Below, in pieces: positions 1 to 13,506 of a stretch of 64,000 nt of DNA. The stretch is from Paraspadella gotoi (lineage: Eukaryota > Animalia > Chaetognatha): the NCBI GenBank assembly GCA_051294375.1, contig CM119270.1:7156564-7220563 (forward strand). Direction: 5' to 3'. Numbering within the stretch: position 1 is the stretch's first letter; each line of letters begins with the position of its first letter. The notes beneath the pieces are model-generated. The model made no database searches and was not told the origin of the DNA. It worked only from the letters and a program-made list of their open reading frames with translations. The position numbers and the translations under genes are program-made.

Positions 1-986
1 TACGTAATTATGTATATGACTCTGCCCTCAATTTTATTTCTTGATACTTTATCATAATATTTTTTTTCCTTTTATATCTTCAAATTGCTCCAGTTATTTT
101 TTTGCTCTTCCTCCTCCTCCTCCTCCTCATCCTCATCCTCCTCCTAAAGATCCTGCCTCGAACCGAAATTTTAAAATTAAGGATCCTGGCTGCGCTGTCC
201 CTTGTCCCGCCCTCGTCTCATCCCAGGCAAGAGCGAGCAAAGATATTTGATTTTATCTTGCCCCACCCCCCACTTTTTAAAGTCACCCTCCTGGACGAGC
301 TACCCGCCTCCCCACCATCTTCTTGGCATCATCCCCCGGTTCGTCTCGTAACAGGAAAAAAAACGGGGAAAGATTAAAAGAGAAAGAGAGACGAACGAGA
401 AAACGTGTTCCTTATCTTGGTCAACTTGTAACTTGCTATAACATAATATCTTCTCGAGATTGTAACAAAAGCTTGGTATACCGTCAGTAGGGTACAATGT
501 TCTTAACTTTGAATTAAATTGAATAGAATAGAAATATAATTGAAATAATCGAATAATTGAAATCGAAACGGCTTAATTTTCTCAAACTTGTCCGGCCTTT
601 TTTTTTTTTGTTACTTTCGTCATTTAGTCATTTTGATTAACTGTGGTCATTTTAATTAATTAACGATAAAACCCAGCACAGACAGCACAGACCGATAGGC
701 CAACCCGGTTTTTTTCAAGCCGGTAGGAGGGGCGAGAGCGAGCGGGGGGGGAGGGAAGAGAGAGTGCGGCCCCGAGGCTAAGGCGTCCCAATCGAAAAAC
801 CGAAAAAAAAATAATGTTTTTTTTTTCTTTATTAAACACATTTTTCTGTTACAAAATTTAAAGCGAAAAAAAAAATATTCAAGAGGAATTTCTTTCTTTT
901 TTTTTTTCGAGATCAAAAAACCAAATCGCATCTACCGTACATAATAGATGTAATTAATTTGGGAGAATGGGGGATTAAACTGGATA

Positions 987-1067
<81 letters not shown>

Positions 1068-2333
1068 CGTATAAGGAGGATCTTCCTCAGACACCAGAAT
1101 TCGCTGTCGAAGCAAAAGTAAAAAGAAAGAAAAAAAAAAAATTCCCACAGTTTTCTTCTCTGATCTCATAAGAGAAATGAAGGTTGTCATTAAAACGAAA
1201 AAAAAAAATTATCCTTTGTCAGAAACGCGTTTTCGTTTAATCTTTTCAACGGTTGTCTCGGAATGTTTCAATAGGAAGAAGCCTGTCATATACATTTTAC
1301 GGTTGTCAGTTCGTTACAAGTCCGCTTGTCTTTGAATAGAGACAGCTATTGTCAATAAATAGACATAATTTAGGTCAAATGCTTGTGAAAATAGTTGGTC
1401 TTCTGGTGTCATTAAGCATCTAACGACTTTCCTTGTTTTTATCTTCATGGTCGTCGTCGTCTTTATCTAGTATGTCACTTCTGCTCTCCTCTTTTCTTCC
1501 TTTTCTACTTTCCTTCCATTTCTCTTTTCATTTCCTTCCTTTCCTTCTTTTCTTTCCTCCTCATCCTTTCTTGTCTCTTCTTCTCCTTTTATTTCCTCCC
1601 TTTCTCCTCCAGCCACAAATCTCCCTCGCCGTCGGAATTGTTATCGCCTCCATTGTCTACCGTTCAAGTCGTCATTGTTTCCCATCGTTGAGACGATTAT
1701 CCTCTTCGCTTCGTCTCTTGTCGTCTTTTTGTCGGTTTATTTCCCCACAAGAATACCGACACTTTTGTCATCATTCGCGTCATAGTTAATAATCTTTGTT
1801 AAATATTCATTTTTCGTTGTTATTAATGCTTACTGATTTCCTTAGTAGTTTTCCAACAGTGACACCATTCTGTCATTATAGCTTGTCAGATTTTCCTAGT
1901 TTTTTTTTCAAACCTTCGTCATCAACTGTGTTTTTCCTGCCTCAAGTCGTTGTCATTATTTTCTCTTCAGATTCTCTGACGTCAAAGTAAAGGAGGAGGA
2001 GGAGGAGGAGGAGGAGGAAGAGGAAGAAGAAAAACAAACAAAAAAGAGCGGTTGCATTAATTGCTCCGTTTTTATCTCCCGGAGAGGATTTAGTAAAACG
2101 AAGGACGAGAAAGGAAGTGAAGCGCGGGAAAGAGAAGAAAAGGAGATAAAAAGAGAAGAAAAGAGAAGAAAAGGAGATATATGTAGAAATAAAAGTAAAC
2201 GAGAGAAGGAGAGAATCCCAGAAAAACCTCACTATGAACGAAAGAAAAGGAAAAAAAGTAAAAAGACTCTTAATGCGTTATGAGCAATAACTAAAAAAAT
2301 TATGAAGGATACATAGTCTAATGTGGTTCTCAG

Positions 2334-2450
2334 CGGCAGAACTTAAAAGCCTCCGTGGGGGAAAGAAAAAGCGTGACGTTCGCTGAATCACCGACGGGAG
2401 AAGATATCTTGGATGGCGATCGGCCCAGTTTCATGGGAGATGAAGATTAA
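2334..2450 (+). CDS. Candidate terminal coding exon (RQNLKASVGERKSVTFAESPTGEDILDGDRPSFMGDED*) with an RVxF-type PP1-docking motif
   Basis: Preceded by CTAAT (branch-like) and TTCTCAG acceptor (2331-2333). Open for 38 codons of non-repetitive sequence to TAA 2448-2450. RKSVTF matches the RVxF consensus. No homolog recognised. Confidence 0.4.
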   Translation, partial: RQNLKASVGERKSVTFAESPTGEDILDGDRPSFMGDED

Positions 2451-4323
2451 TATCTTGGTTAAGTTGAATATTTAGTGAGATTAATCTTTTTATTTCATTT
2501 TAGAATAGTCGAACTTGAGATTTCAGTTTCTCTATTGGTTGGTTATAAACAAACGTTGCTTCTCCCTTTGTCGTCGCCGAAGTTATGTTGCCAATTTAAC
2601 ATATCAACGTGTTTCAAAATCTAAATCAAGACCGAAATTAGCCGACCGCATCGAAACGATTTATATCAAAGCGAAAAGACCCAGAGAAAAAAAAAAGCTT
2701 CGAGTGGTAATACAGTTCCAGTTTATTCTCTCACTCATTCTCTTAAATTATTTGATATTTTTATTGTCAAGAAGAAAGAAGAAGTGGGGGAAAAAAAGCA
2801 GAAAGCGGCGTTTCATTCCTAAAACGTTTTCTTTGTCACTTGTTTCAGACTCATCTCTTTCACCGACTTGTGAGACGCCATTCAGGCTTTCAGGCTTTCA
2901 CGTCTCTCGTTTCACGCCGCAATTTATGCCTCATTATGTTCCTACCTTTTTTCACTAGACATTCTTCTCTGCCAGTCATGACGCCTTCGCCTTTTTTCAA
3001 GTGGTTTTTTTTCGTTTTAATAAAACTTGTATATACAAAATTATTTTCGCGAACTTTTTTTTATAAAAAAAGAGCCATTCTTTGTATATACTTTTCGCTG
3101 GTTTATTTTTTTCAGAATGTCGCGTCCGCCATATGTTTGTCTAACACATCACTTCAACGTTAGTCACACCATATTCCCGTAATACCCCGATTTTCCCTCC
3201 ATGTACTTTTTTCTTGAATCTAATATTACCTCGAGCTGTTCAACTTGAACTGAATAAGTTCAATAAACATAATTCTCATTGCTGGTTTTTCTCTTAACCT
3301 TTCAACGTTCCTTTTCGTATGCTAGTATTATCTTAAAAAAATTACAATTTTCTACACAACCGGTCGCCGTCGCCATCGCCCGATCAATTTAAAAAAACCG
3401 CGACCTTTTAGCGCCGATGCCACCGAACGGCGGCAAGAACGAATGCCATCCTTTCTCTAAATGCCACTCCCCGCCACGATGCGACGCCATTGCTCCGCGT
3501 TCATCATCTACCACTCCCAGCCTTATAGATTCCGACGCCGCAACGCGCCTTTCGCTCGCGCCAACTGCTCCTCCCTTCTCCGCGCGACGGAAGAATCTCG
3601 TTGGTTCCATCGCGTTCGTTGTGTCTCCGGTCACGTGACTGAAACTGAATCCGAATAAAAATATATTTTGGTCTACGTCGAGTTTTATGGAAGAATCGGC
3701 GAACCCGAATTTGTTTCAACAGTACGTTCACTTTGAATGAAATACGCGAGGACGTCAACCTGTAAAATATACTATTTGAAAATGTCGTGGCCTTAAAAAA
3801 AAATATTCTGAAGTTACCAAAAACAGCTGGAAACAAAAATAAGGGAAATAAAAAAAAAACAATTGCAACCCAAAAAAATGGAACGATAAAAAAAGATAAT
3901 GACGATGACGATGGCGACAATGTGCAGACAAATGGTTAGTATTTTGGTTTAAAAAAAAAAGTAAAAAAGAATCAAAATCGATATAAAAAAAATAAAAACA
4001 AACAAAACGAAACGAAACTCGTTAAAACGTCAGTTGTAACGAATGTAAATTGTAAGAAAGACAAAAACGTAGAAAATTTGGCCCAACGCTCCTGTCGGTC
4101 GACGCACGAACAAACTGGAGACTTTTGTTTACAATCATTATGCAAATAAAGAGGAACAATAATGACATTAGAAAGAGAGGGAGACAAAGCGAGAGGGAGA
4201 GCGAGAGAGAAAATAATTTGGGATTTGGGAGAAAGAGAGAGAGTGAGAGTTAAAGGGGCTTGGTGAATAAGAGGTGAGAATGAAAAGGGAACAATGGCGG
4301 AATTATACATGAGAGAGAGAGAG

Positions 4324-4370
<47 letters not shown>

Positions 4371-4703
4371 ATTAGCTTTCATTCATTTCGCCCGTCTCTC
4401 TCTTCTCCCCTTTCTTCTCTCACACTTTTCTTTTCTGGTATCATTATTTTCTTTTTCACTCTTCTCTTTTCTTTCCCTCTTCTTTTCTTTTTTCTTCTCT
4501 TTTCTTCTCTCTCACTCTCTGCCATCGATTCGATCAGTTTTGACTCCTCTCACTTTTCCCAGACGAAAACGAAAAAAAGTTTCCTGTTAAAGAAAAAAAN
4601 NNNNNNNNNNNNNNNNNNNNNNNNGATATATATAAAAAACTGAGGATGAGGTTTCGCGATAACAAATCGATTTTGAAGCTCTCTCTCTCATCTCTCTCTC
4701 TCT

Positions 4704-4767
<64 letters not shown>

Positions 4768-5342
4768 GTTCCTCTTTTTCATTCGAATGTTAGTCTTTTT
4801 TTTTATGTATATAACTTCCCACGCTAGGAGTATCGGCTTGACTTTATTTAAATTCTGCGCAGCTAATTCGACGCGCAGCCGAAGATTTTTTTTCAAAGTA
4901 TAAAAAAAATTATGTTAAGATATTTCGTTACGTATGATATTCCAATTGTTTTGTAATAAATGAACTTTTAATGGAACAGTGTCCTGAAAACTGAATCTAA
5001 AATCCGATTCTTAGTAACGATAAACTTTGGACCCTGATGAATCTACAATCGATTACAATCTAGAATTCTCGAATTAGAATCACCCGTCTTTAAAAATCTC
5101 CGTTTTGACCAAATTCTCGGATTTTTTGACGACACGACGACCGAATGACGACGACGACGACGAAAATGAATCTTCCGGCGATGGAAAAAACCAATGTTGG
5201 GCATTATTGATGATGTGATGATGATGATGATGATGATATGATGATGATTGATGATGATGACGATAATGATGATGATGATGATGATTATGATGATGATGAT
5301 AATGATTGATGATAATTGATTTAAATATAAAAATTAAGAGAT

Positions 5343-6821
5343 TAGATATGTCGCTCCGCGCTTAAAAAAAATCTGAAAGAACGAAGCGGTTCTGATAACT
5401 CTCTCTCTCCCTCGCAATTTTTGCACCAGAGTAGCGCAGTAAATATTACAAAACCATGGATGATTTCTAAAAAACTGCAGTGTTTGGGCTATCCAACGGC
5501 CGCCGGAACAAAGAAAATCCATAAAGGTCTGACTAAAAAATACTGAAAATAAACACGGCGCTTAGTCTGAATTCTTTTTAAAATTTTTTATTTGATATTT
5601 ACTGTATAAGTAAATAAATATACAGCAGTATGCACTGATTTCCGATTTCTGTGGGTTTTAGCCTAACTTTCAAGCACATAACGAACAAATGAATTGACCT
5701 TCATAGAAGAAATAATAGCAATTAATCCAATTTTTTTTCTCAAAATTTGTTGTCATTTTTGTTTTCTTACTGTTTTTGCCAAACAGCCTTTAAAATTATA
5801 AAAAATAAAGATTAGCTAATGAACTACCAATGTCTAGGTAATTTCGCTTGCTGGGAACAAAGAAAAAATTCATTTATTCATAGTATCAATATGAGCCTTT
5901 GAAATAACTCATTTTCTTTGCAATTTACCCCTTTATTTGATAAAAGCCTTGTTATTATAATAAAAAATAAAAACAACAATTTTACCATCCAGCTACATGC
6001 ATTAGCGTGTTATTAAAAGAGTTATTGCTTTTTATGAAAATGTTATATTAATATAGCTAACGGGCATTATGCAAAGTTTTATTTGCACCTGAGATGACAA
6101 AAATTTAAAATTCTGATAATATAGCCTTTAGCCCTATGTCAGTAGTTTTTTAATACTATCTCTGGAACAAAGTTTTGGAACTTCTAAATTTTCATATTTA
6201 AATTCATATGTTTTTTAACGTCCTACAGAATTTTTATTTTTTGTTCCAACAAAATGATAATTCATTATTCCTTTATAGTAATTATATAAACATTTTGAGG
6301 ATATAGAAAATTTTTGTTATATCAAAACATAATTCAATCTTTCTCTTTCAGAATCTATATTTATTTATTTTTTTTAAAACAGCCAAGTGTGTTTATTTAA
6401 TTTTCAAAAGTTGTTATTACTTTTGACTAAGATTCCGATCCAGATTTAAAAAAATCCGTGGAATATTTAAAGAACAAATTATATGGAAAAACTTGCCCCA
6501 TAATTATGGCTTAATATGATACCAGTCTCATCGTTCTATCATTTTTGGTCAAAGATATTAAAAAACAAATTTTTTTATTACCAATGAAGAACACTCAGCC
6601 AAAGCTAAAATTAAGTGGAACCAAAAAGAAAATTTAACGAACGGCAGTTTGTTTTAAAATGCATGGAAATAATGCCATTTTTGTAGATTAATTTTCAACG
6701 CGTGGGTCAATTGATTTGAAATAGCTTACATCAATAATATTGAACATCATTTCTATTCAGTAAATGTAAAAATTTAAAAAATAAACATTATAAATGACCA
6801 GATTAACTTGGCCATCTAACT
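5343..6821. mobile_element. ~1.48-kb non-coding insertion, probable non-autonomous TIR DNA transposon (hAT-like ends uncertain)
   Basis: Empty site in copy B (TTAAGAGATATAAAGTATTC, ~15570). AGAGAT duplicated at 5337-5342 and 6822-6827. Ends TAGAT...ATCTA. AT-rich interior without microsatellites or an ORF. Confidence 0.65.
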
Positions 6822-6880
6822 AGAGATATTTAAAGTATTCAAAAAAATAAAATATAAAAATCGAAAAAAAAGGGGATAAA

Positions 6881-6916
<36 letters not shown>

Positions 6917-7081
6917 AAAATAGAAAGATAAAAGAAAGAAGAAAGAAAGAAAGAAAGAAGAAAGAAAGAAAGATAGAAAGAAGAAAGAAAAGAGAGACCA
7001 ACGCGTGGTTTTGATGTCCACTCGTCTTGACACGGATCCCCTCTGAGTCAAGAGGCCAGGATCGGCCTCTGGGAGGGAACG

Positions 7082-7163
<82 letters not shown>

Positions 7164-7546
7164 GAGAGAGGGAGGGAGAGAGAGATGATTTTTTGAATTC
7201 GTCCTTAGTCGATTTTCGATTAAATGAGCTTCATTTACCAAAAGAAGATAAAGTCAGAAAGTACAGTAAGCAAACATAAATATAGGGACAGACAAACATT
7301 GATGAGGGAGAGTAGAATACTATAATATTGGAAATTTATTCAAAAATGTGAATCAGACTAATCTCGAAAAAAAAACCTCATTTTATTACAGCATTTAGCA
7401 AAAATTTAATTTATAATTGATAAACAATTAATATCGAATACATAATAAAGAATTATATAAATAAAAAAAGGAAAGGTGCCTTCGGCCGAACTTCGAATTG
7501 AAATTTTGTTTTCGTCTTCGAGCGAAAAACAAAAAATTCCGGTTCA

Positions 7547-7596
<50 letters not shown>

Positions 7597-7997
7597 AAGA
7601 GAGAGAGAGAGAGAGAGAGAGACTGGAGAGAGAGAGAGAGAGAGAGATTATCGGCAACGGAGAGAATGGAAGTTGAAAGGATTAAATAATTATACCTTAG
7701 CGAGCACTGTCGAAGGCTGGGCGAAGCCACGATGCCACCTGTTTTCGTGATGCGGGGGTGCAGGTCTCACTGTCTGTAATGTTGATCGAAATATTCAGGT
7801 CACACATACGATGCCACACATATTTTATTTTTACGATTCTAGGGACGAAGCAACCGTGTCAACTTTTTATTAGCATCTGGAGTCTGGATTATAGAAACAA
7901 ATAAGATTAAAACTCTTAATTTACTTGGCAAAATCTAGCAAACCAACTAACAAACTTACCTTTTCTATATAAGGAACATTAACCGTTTGATGTACAG

Positions 7998-8623
7998 TAA
8001 GGCGTAGTAAAATTTTCTATATTTTAACTTCTTTTAATTAAAATTCTTAATAGTGAGGAACGAACAACATTATACTAATAAACATTTATGTAATAAAAAA
8101 ATTTATAATAAATTTTACAATTTACGCAGTAGGCCATTATTTATACTAGTACTAATCCAATAAATATTAAAATTTTAAAACAGTTTTTCTAACGATTTTT
8201 TACATATTTTGAATTCGTCATAAAAAGTTGTATAAAAAGAAATATAACTCTTTAGAAAATTCCTCATTAAGTGGGTCAAAAATTTGAAAAAAGCTGTATT
8301 TTAGTTGAAAATTAACTTTTTATATGATTAAATATAGTTTTTTTAAATTTTTAACCCACTTAATGAAAGAATTTTCAAAAAATGACTTATATTTTCATTT
8401 ATCAACTTTTGACGAGGAATTCAAAATCTGCAATCAAAATTTAGAAAAGCCTATTTTGAAATTTTTTCAATTTTATTAAAGATAGTACTATATATAAATA
8501 TAGCCTACTGCGAAATTGAAGAACATTAAAAATTAATTTTTTTTAATAAAATTAATGTTTACTGATTGGTATGTTGTTCATAATTGGACATTTAAATTTT
8601 GTGTGCTAACTTTACACGCCTTA
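7998..8623. mobile_element. 626-bp foldback MITE with 8-bp target-site duplication
   Basis: TIRs TAAGGCGTAGTAAA / TTTACACGCCTTA. TSD ATGTACAG at 7990-7997 and 8624-8631. Empty site GATGTACAGTTATTT in copy B (~16911). Internal inverted symmetry about ~8315. Confidence 0.9.
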
Positions 8624-9342
8624 ATGTACAGTTATTTTTTTTCTCTTTCATCAATTTTAAACTTGATCTTAAGTCAAATTACTTCAAGACGACGATTTCT
8701 TTCAATTCTGGTTAAATTCCCGAAAGACACTGTGCCGTCGTGTCTCCCGCCGGATTTTATGCGAAGCTCTGTGCCGAGGCCGCCGACCGTAGAATTTCTC
8801 GTTAATTTATTGAGCAACTTGTTTTATCAATTTGATAATCCGTGAAAACCCACCGTGCCACCTGTTCTTTCGGTATTAATCATCCAAAGATTGATTGAAT
8901 CTGATCATTTTTGTCGTCATCGTTGTCATCGTGTATGATGTCATCGTCATTGTTGTCTTTACTCTTAATGCCGACTAAATCAATTATTTAATTAATTGTT
9001 TTAGGGAAATTTTACAGGTTTAGCTACGAATTTTCTACGTCGTATTCCCAAGGGATTATTCATATTTTAAAATCCTCCGGTAATAAATTTTAAATCACTC
9101 GGTCTCTGCACGAAATTGTTCTTTTTTTTTTCTATTTCCGTGCCACAGTTGATTTGTATTTCTCCCGTTAAACACTTGGATTCACACGTCTGACCTTTTG
9201 TGAAAATCCAATTCGAGCCGAGATCGAGCAGTGTGTGTGGGAGGAGAGAAAATATAAAAGAAAAGTATTAACCTAAAATTTGCGTTTTTTTTGGGGGTTT
9301 CTCAACAAAAGAGAATTCTTCTCCTTTAATGTCGTCTATCTT

Positions 9343-9373
<31 letters not shown>

Positions 9374-10509
9374 TCATCTCTCCTCTCCTCCTCTCTCTCT
9401 CTCTCTACTGACGACCTTTAGCGGTTGAGAATTTAAAATTGTAGAAAAGAGAAAAAGAGAAAAATCTATCATTGACAATGGAACATTTGAAGCAAAAAAA
9501 GGGAATCCTGATGAAAAAAAATGAAAATGAAAACGATAAAAAATAGAAATCGTAAAATGAAGCGACTCTTCTCTTCCAAGATTTCCCCCCTGTGAAGAAA
9601 ATCCAAGAGGGAGAGAGCAGATTGCCGATATTCGGCAGAGAGAGAGAGAAGACGAGAGAGAGAGGAGAGAGAGAAGAGAGAGAGAGAGAGACGAGAGAGA
9701 GAGAGAGAGAGAGAGACAGGAGACATATTCTCTTCGAACGAACGATATCTATTTATTCCCTTCGGAAATTTCCGTCTCTTTCTTCTCTTTGATTTTCTCG
9801 GAAATCGTTATATTAATTTTACCGCGCCATTCTTTTAAGCATTGAAAATTTTAATCACGGTTCGTTTTCACCATTTTTCGTTTATCACGATTCCTTTTAT
9901 TATTTCGTTTATCACCGGTTCGTTTTATCATTTTATCATTTATAATAATGGCTTCATTTGATAGATTTTCTTCGACGAAAAGCGTTCATATATACCATTT
10001 TATAGTTTAACCAGGGCCAGGGTTTGTTTTTATAATTTTTAATTTCACCACAATTTTAATCATTATTTTGATCCAAAATACTTTTCCACCCTTTTTGTTT
10101 AGCTTGATTAGATATTTTTGGTTGACCAGCCCACTTTGCTGAATTTCTGTATCTCTTTCAGCTTTGACGCATGCCCATTTTCTGTCTGTGAGGTATTGGT
10201 CCATTCTATCTTGTGAAACTGAATGTTTACATATGCCCTTCTATCTCTCGGTCTGTATGTCAATAAGAATTAAAGCATAAATATGCTTTTTCCAGGTAAA
10301 TAATAATATACAATTCCGGTGGTTAATAAATTTTAACATTGATAAACAATAATCAAGCCAATCTTCGTAAAAAAAAGTAAAATAAAATAATAAAATTTAT
10401 CATAATTTCCAATATATTTTTTCTCGCAGCTGCGACTTCTTTTTTGAACTTTTCATTCAAGTTTTTTTCCCTTCAAAAACCACAGCAGAGAACAGAGAGA
10501 AGATAGGAG

Positions 10510-10554
<45 letters not shown>

Positions 10555-10560
10555 AGAAGA

Positions 10561-10594
<34 letters not shown>

Positions 10595-10756
10595 AGAGAG
10601 AGATTTTGTTTTTTCTCTTGGGGGTGGCCTCATTAATTCCGTCCGTTGGAGGTAAAAAAGCGGAATTTATAAAAGGGATTATCTCCCCGAAGAAAAGGAA
10701 AAATCGGTGAGAGATTAGAGTCATTCATATGCGCGGACAGAGAGAGAGAGAGAGAG

Positions 10757-10824
<68 letters not shown>

Positions 10825-12087
10825 TAAGCAATTACAAACAACGAAAATGGCCGAGTGGAAATTTCATAAGTATTATATCATTTTATTATTATTATTATTA
10901 TTATTTATTATTATTATATTTTATTATTAGTATTATTATTATATTAATTTAGTATTATTATTATTATTATTATTTGTTTGCTCTGTTTCTTTTAAAAAAA
11001 AAGTAGATTGACGACAATTTATTACATCCTGAGGCTGTAAATGACAACAACGAAAAGTTTGATGCTTTTCTCTCTCGTGGAAAAAAAAATTTTAAATGTT
11101 TGGATTCAGGTTTGATCTATAGATTATAAAAAAGAAAAAAAAAAGAATTCCCGTCCCACTTAAAAAAGTCAATTAAAAAAAAAAAAATAATGAAATAATA
11201 AAGAGGAAAGAGACAGATAACTAAGAATGGAGAGAAAGAGAAAGAGGGAGAAAAGTTGCTGGAGAGCGACGAGAGAGAGGATGAGTGAGATGAAGAGAAG
11301 AGAGACAAATTCTGAGATGAGAGAGGAGAGAGAGACAAGAGAGAGAGAGAGAGGCGAGAGAGAGAGAGAATTTTCCATCGATCATAATTTCTCGATTGAA
11401 AAACCGAAAGGAGCTTCAACATTTAAATACGAGAATCCGTTTCTTTCGTCTTTTTTACTCATTTTTTACTAAATAAAAAAAAAGGCCAAGAGTGCCTAGT
11501 GTAAAGGTTAGGAACCAATAATGATTAATATACCATATATTCATTGGCTTATACTTAATACTTTCCAATTGCATGTCCGCACTGATCCTTAAATTGTTGA
11601 AATTTTTATTTTTAACTGTCAATGTCTCTTTTATTTCAGAAGAAAAAATTTTTTTTTACTTTAAAATAACAAAAAACTATAACTTGATTTATCAATAACT
11701 TCCAAACCTGAAGAAAATGAAATATAGAAAGAACATATTGTGTAGAGGTAAAGATTTTTCCAAGGAAATTTTAGTTTAGGAAATTGGATTAAATAATGAA
11801 CAAATAGAAATGTAATTAAACGCATTAATAAAAAAGGAAAAAAATAGAATAGAGTTATTCAAGCAATTGGGATGGGAGTTCTTTTCTTTATTTGCAATCG
11901 GAGTTTGTTCTTTACTTGAACTTTTTTTTGTCAATCAAATTGTATAGACTTAGTCAATCTCCGATCCTTTGTCACTAAAGATTTCATAACGATCGTGGTT
12001 CGTTCCGTTCATCTTTTCAACGTCAAAAAATTCTTTTCCTCGTCTGAGCACCATAAAAGGAGCGTGAGAGCCTCAATTCATTGTCTG

Positions 12088-12138
<51 letters not shown>

Positions 12139-12140
12139 TC

Positions 12141-12181
<41 letters not shown>

Positions 12182-12234
12182 CCTCCCCTAATGTTTTCCT
12201 TTCTTCAGCGCACCAAAAAGGAAAAGAGAATCTG

Positions 12235-12775
12235 ATAATTCATCGCGAGGATTTTCAGACGAGAAAACAGCCCGTGGGTAAACGGCGCCGAAAAGACGGC
12301 GCCGAGAAAAAGCACCGATCCAATATCGGCGTCACAAAAAACACCGCTTCACTAAGATTGGTGCCGAAAATTATCACAAGATATTGATTAAATGAAGACG
12401 AGAATTATTTTCTTCAAGCTAAAGAAAAAATCTCGTGACTGAGAGATTGAAAGGCAGATATTCGTCACAGGATTACAGTGTTGATTATTGCGGTGTGAAT
12501 ATCCTGCTCTAGATATCGGTGCTGAATATGATTCAACTGGATATGCTAGACAGATAATGCAGCTTTGGATTATTCGGGTTCCGGATGCGGGCAGGATATG
12601 TGGTGCTGGTTATTCGCACTAGATTATTGAAATATATGTATGAATACACAGTGAGGGATATGCGGTGACTGAATTTCCGAACCGGACATGGATAAATTGG
12701 ATATCTGTGATGGAGATGCAGTGCCGAATATCCGGCCCTGGTTTTTCGTCGCCGGAAAATTTCCTCGGGGCGACT
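12235..12775. repeat. Degenerate 14-bp-period minisatellite (GGATATGCGGTGCT / GAGAAAACAGCGCC), copy A
   Basis: Recurrent GATATGCGGTGCT-like units. Same array at ~20478-21020 and ~26449-26985. Confidence 0.75.
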
Positions 12776-12944
12776 TCCGTCGAATCTCATTGTTGATTTT
12801 GCTTTTCATCTCGGGTCAATCGATAAATGGGCGGAGGCTGACTCGCTCTCTCTCTCTCTCTCTTTTCTCTCTCTCTCTCTCTTTCTCTCTTTCTTTCTTT
12901 CTTCTCTCTTTCTTCTTTCTTTCTTTCTTCTTCTTTCTTTCTTT

Positions 12945-13053
<109 letters not shown>

Positions 13054-13433
13054 CACTCTTCTCACCCTCTGTCCCTCTTCATATGTATTTTCTCTGATTT
13101 CCTTTCGTTCGTCCCCTCTTTTCCCCTGTCACGGCACATTCCGCCTAAGGTTGATTGAGGTAAGTAGAATGTCACGACATGAGTGGGAAACATTCTATTA
13201 TTTTATTCGCACAATTTTTTTCCATTACATTTTTGCCTTACAATTCTGTTCATATTCTTTACAGTTCTACATTAACTTAACTTTAACGTAACTGGATAAA
13301 CTAAACCGCAGATAATATTTCATCCTTTCTCTTTTCAAACGTAAACGGGCGGAAAAATCTCCCGTGGTTAATCCAGTGTGTTTGCCTTGTAAGTGTTTGA
13401 CCAGGAGCTGAGAGAGAGAGAGAGAGAGAGAGA

Positions 13434-13470
<37 letters not shown>

Positions 13471-13472
13471 GA

Positions 13473-13506
<34 letters not shown>

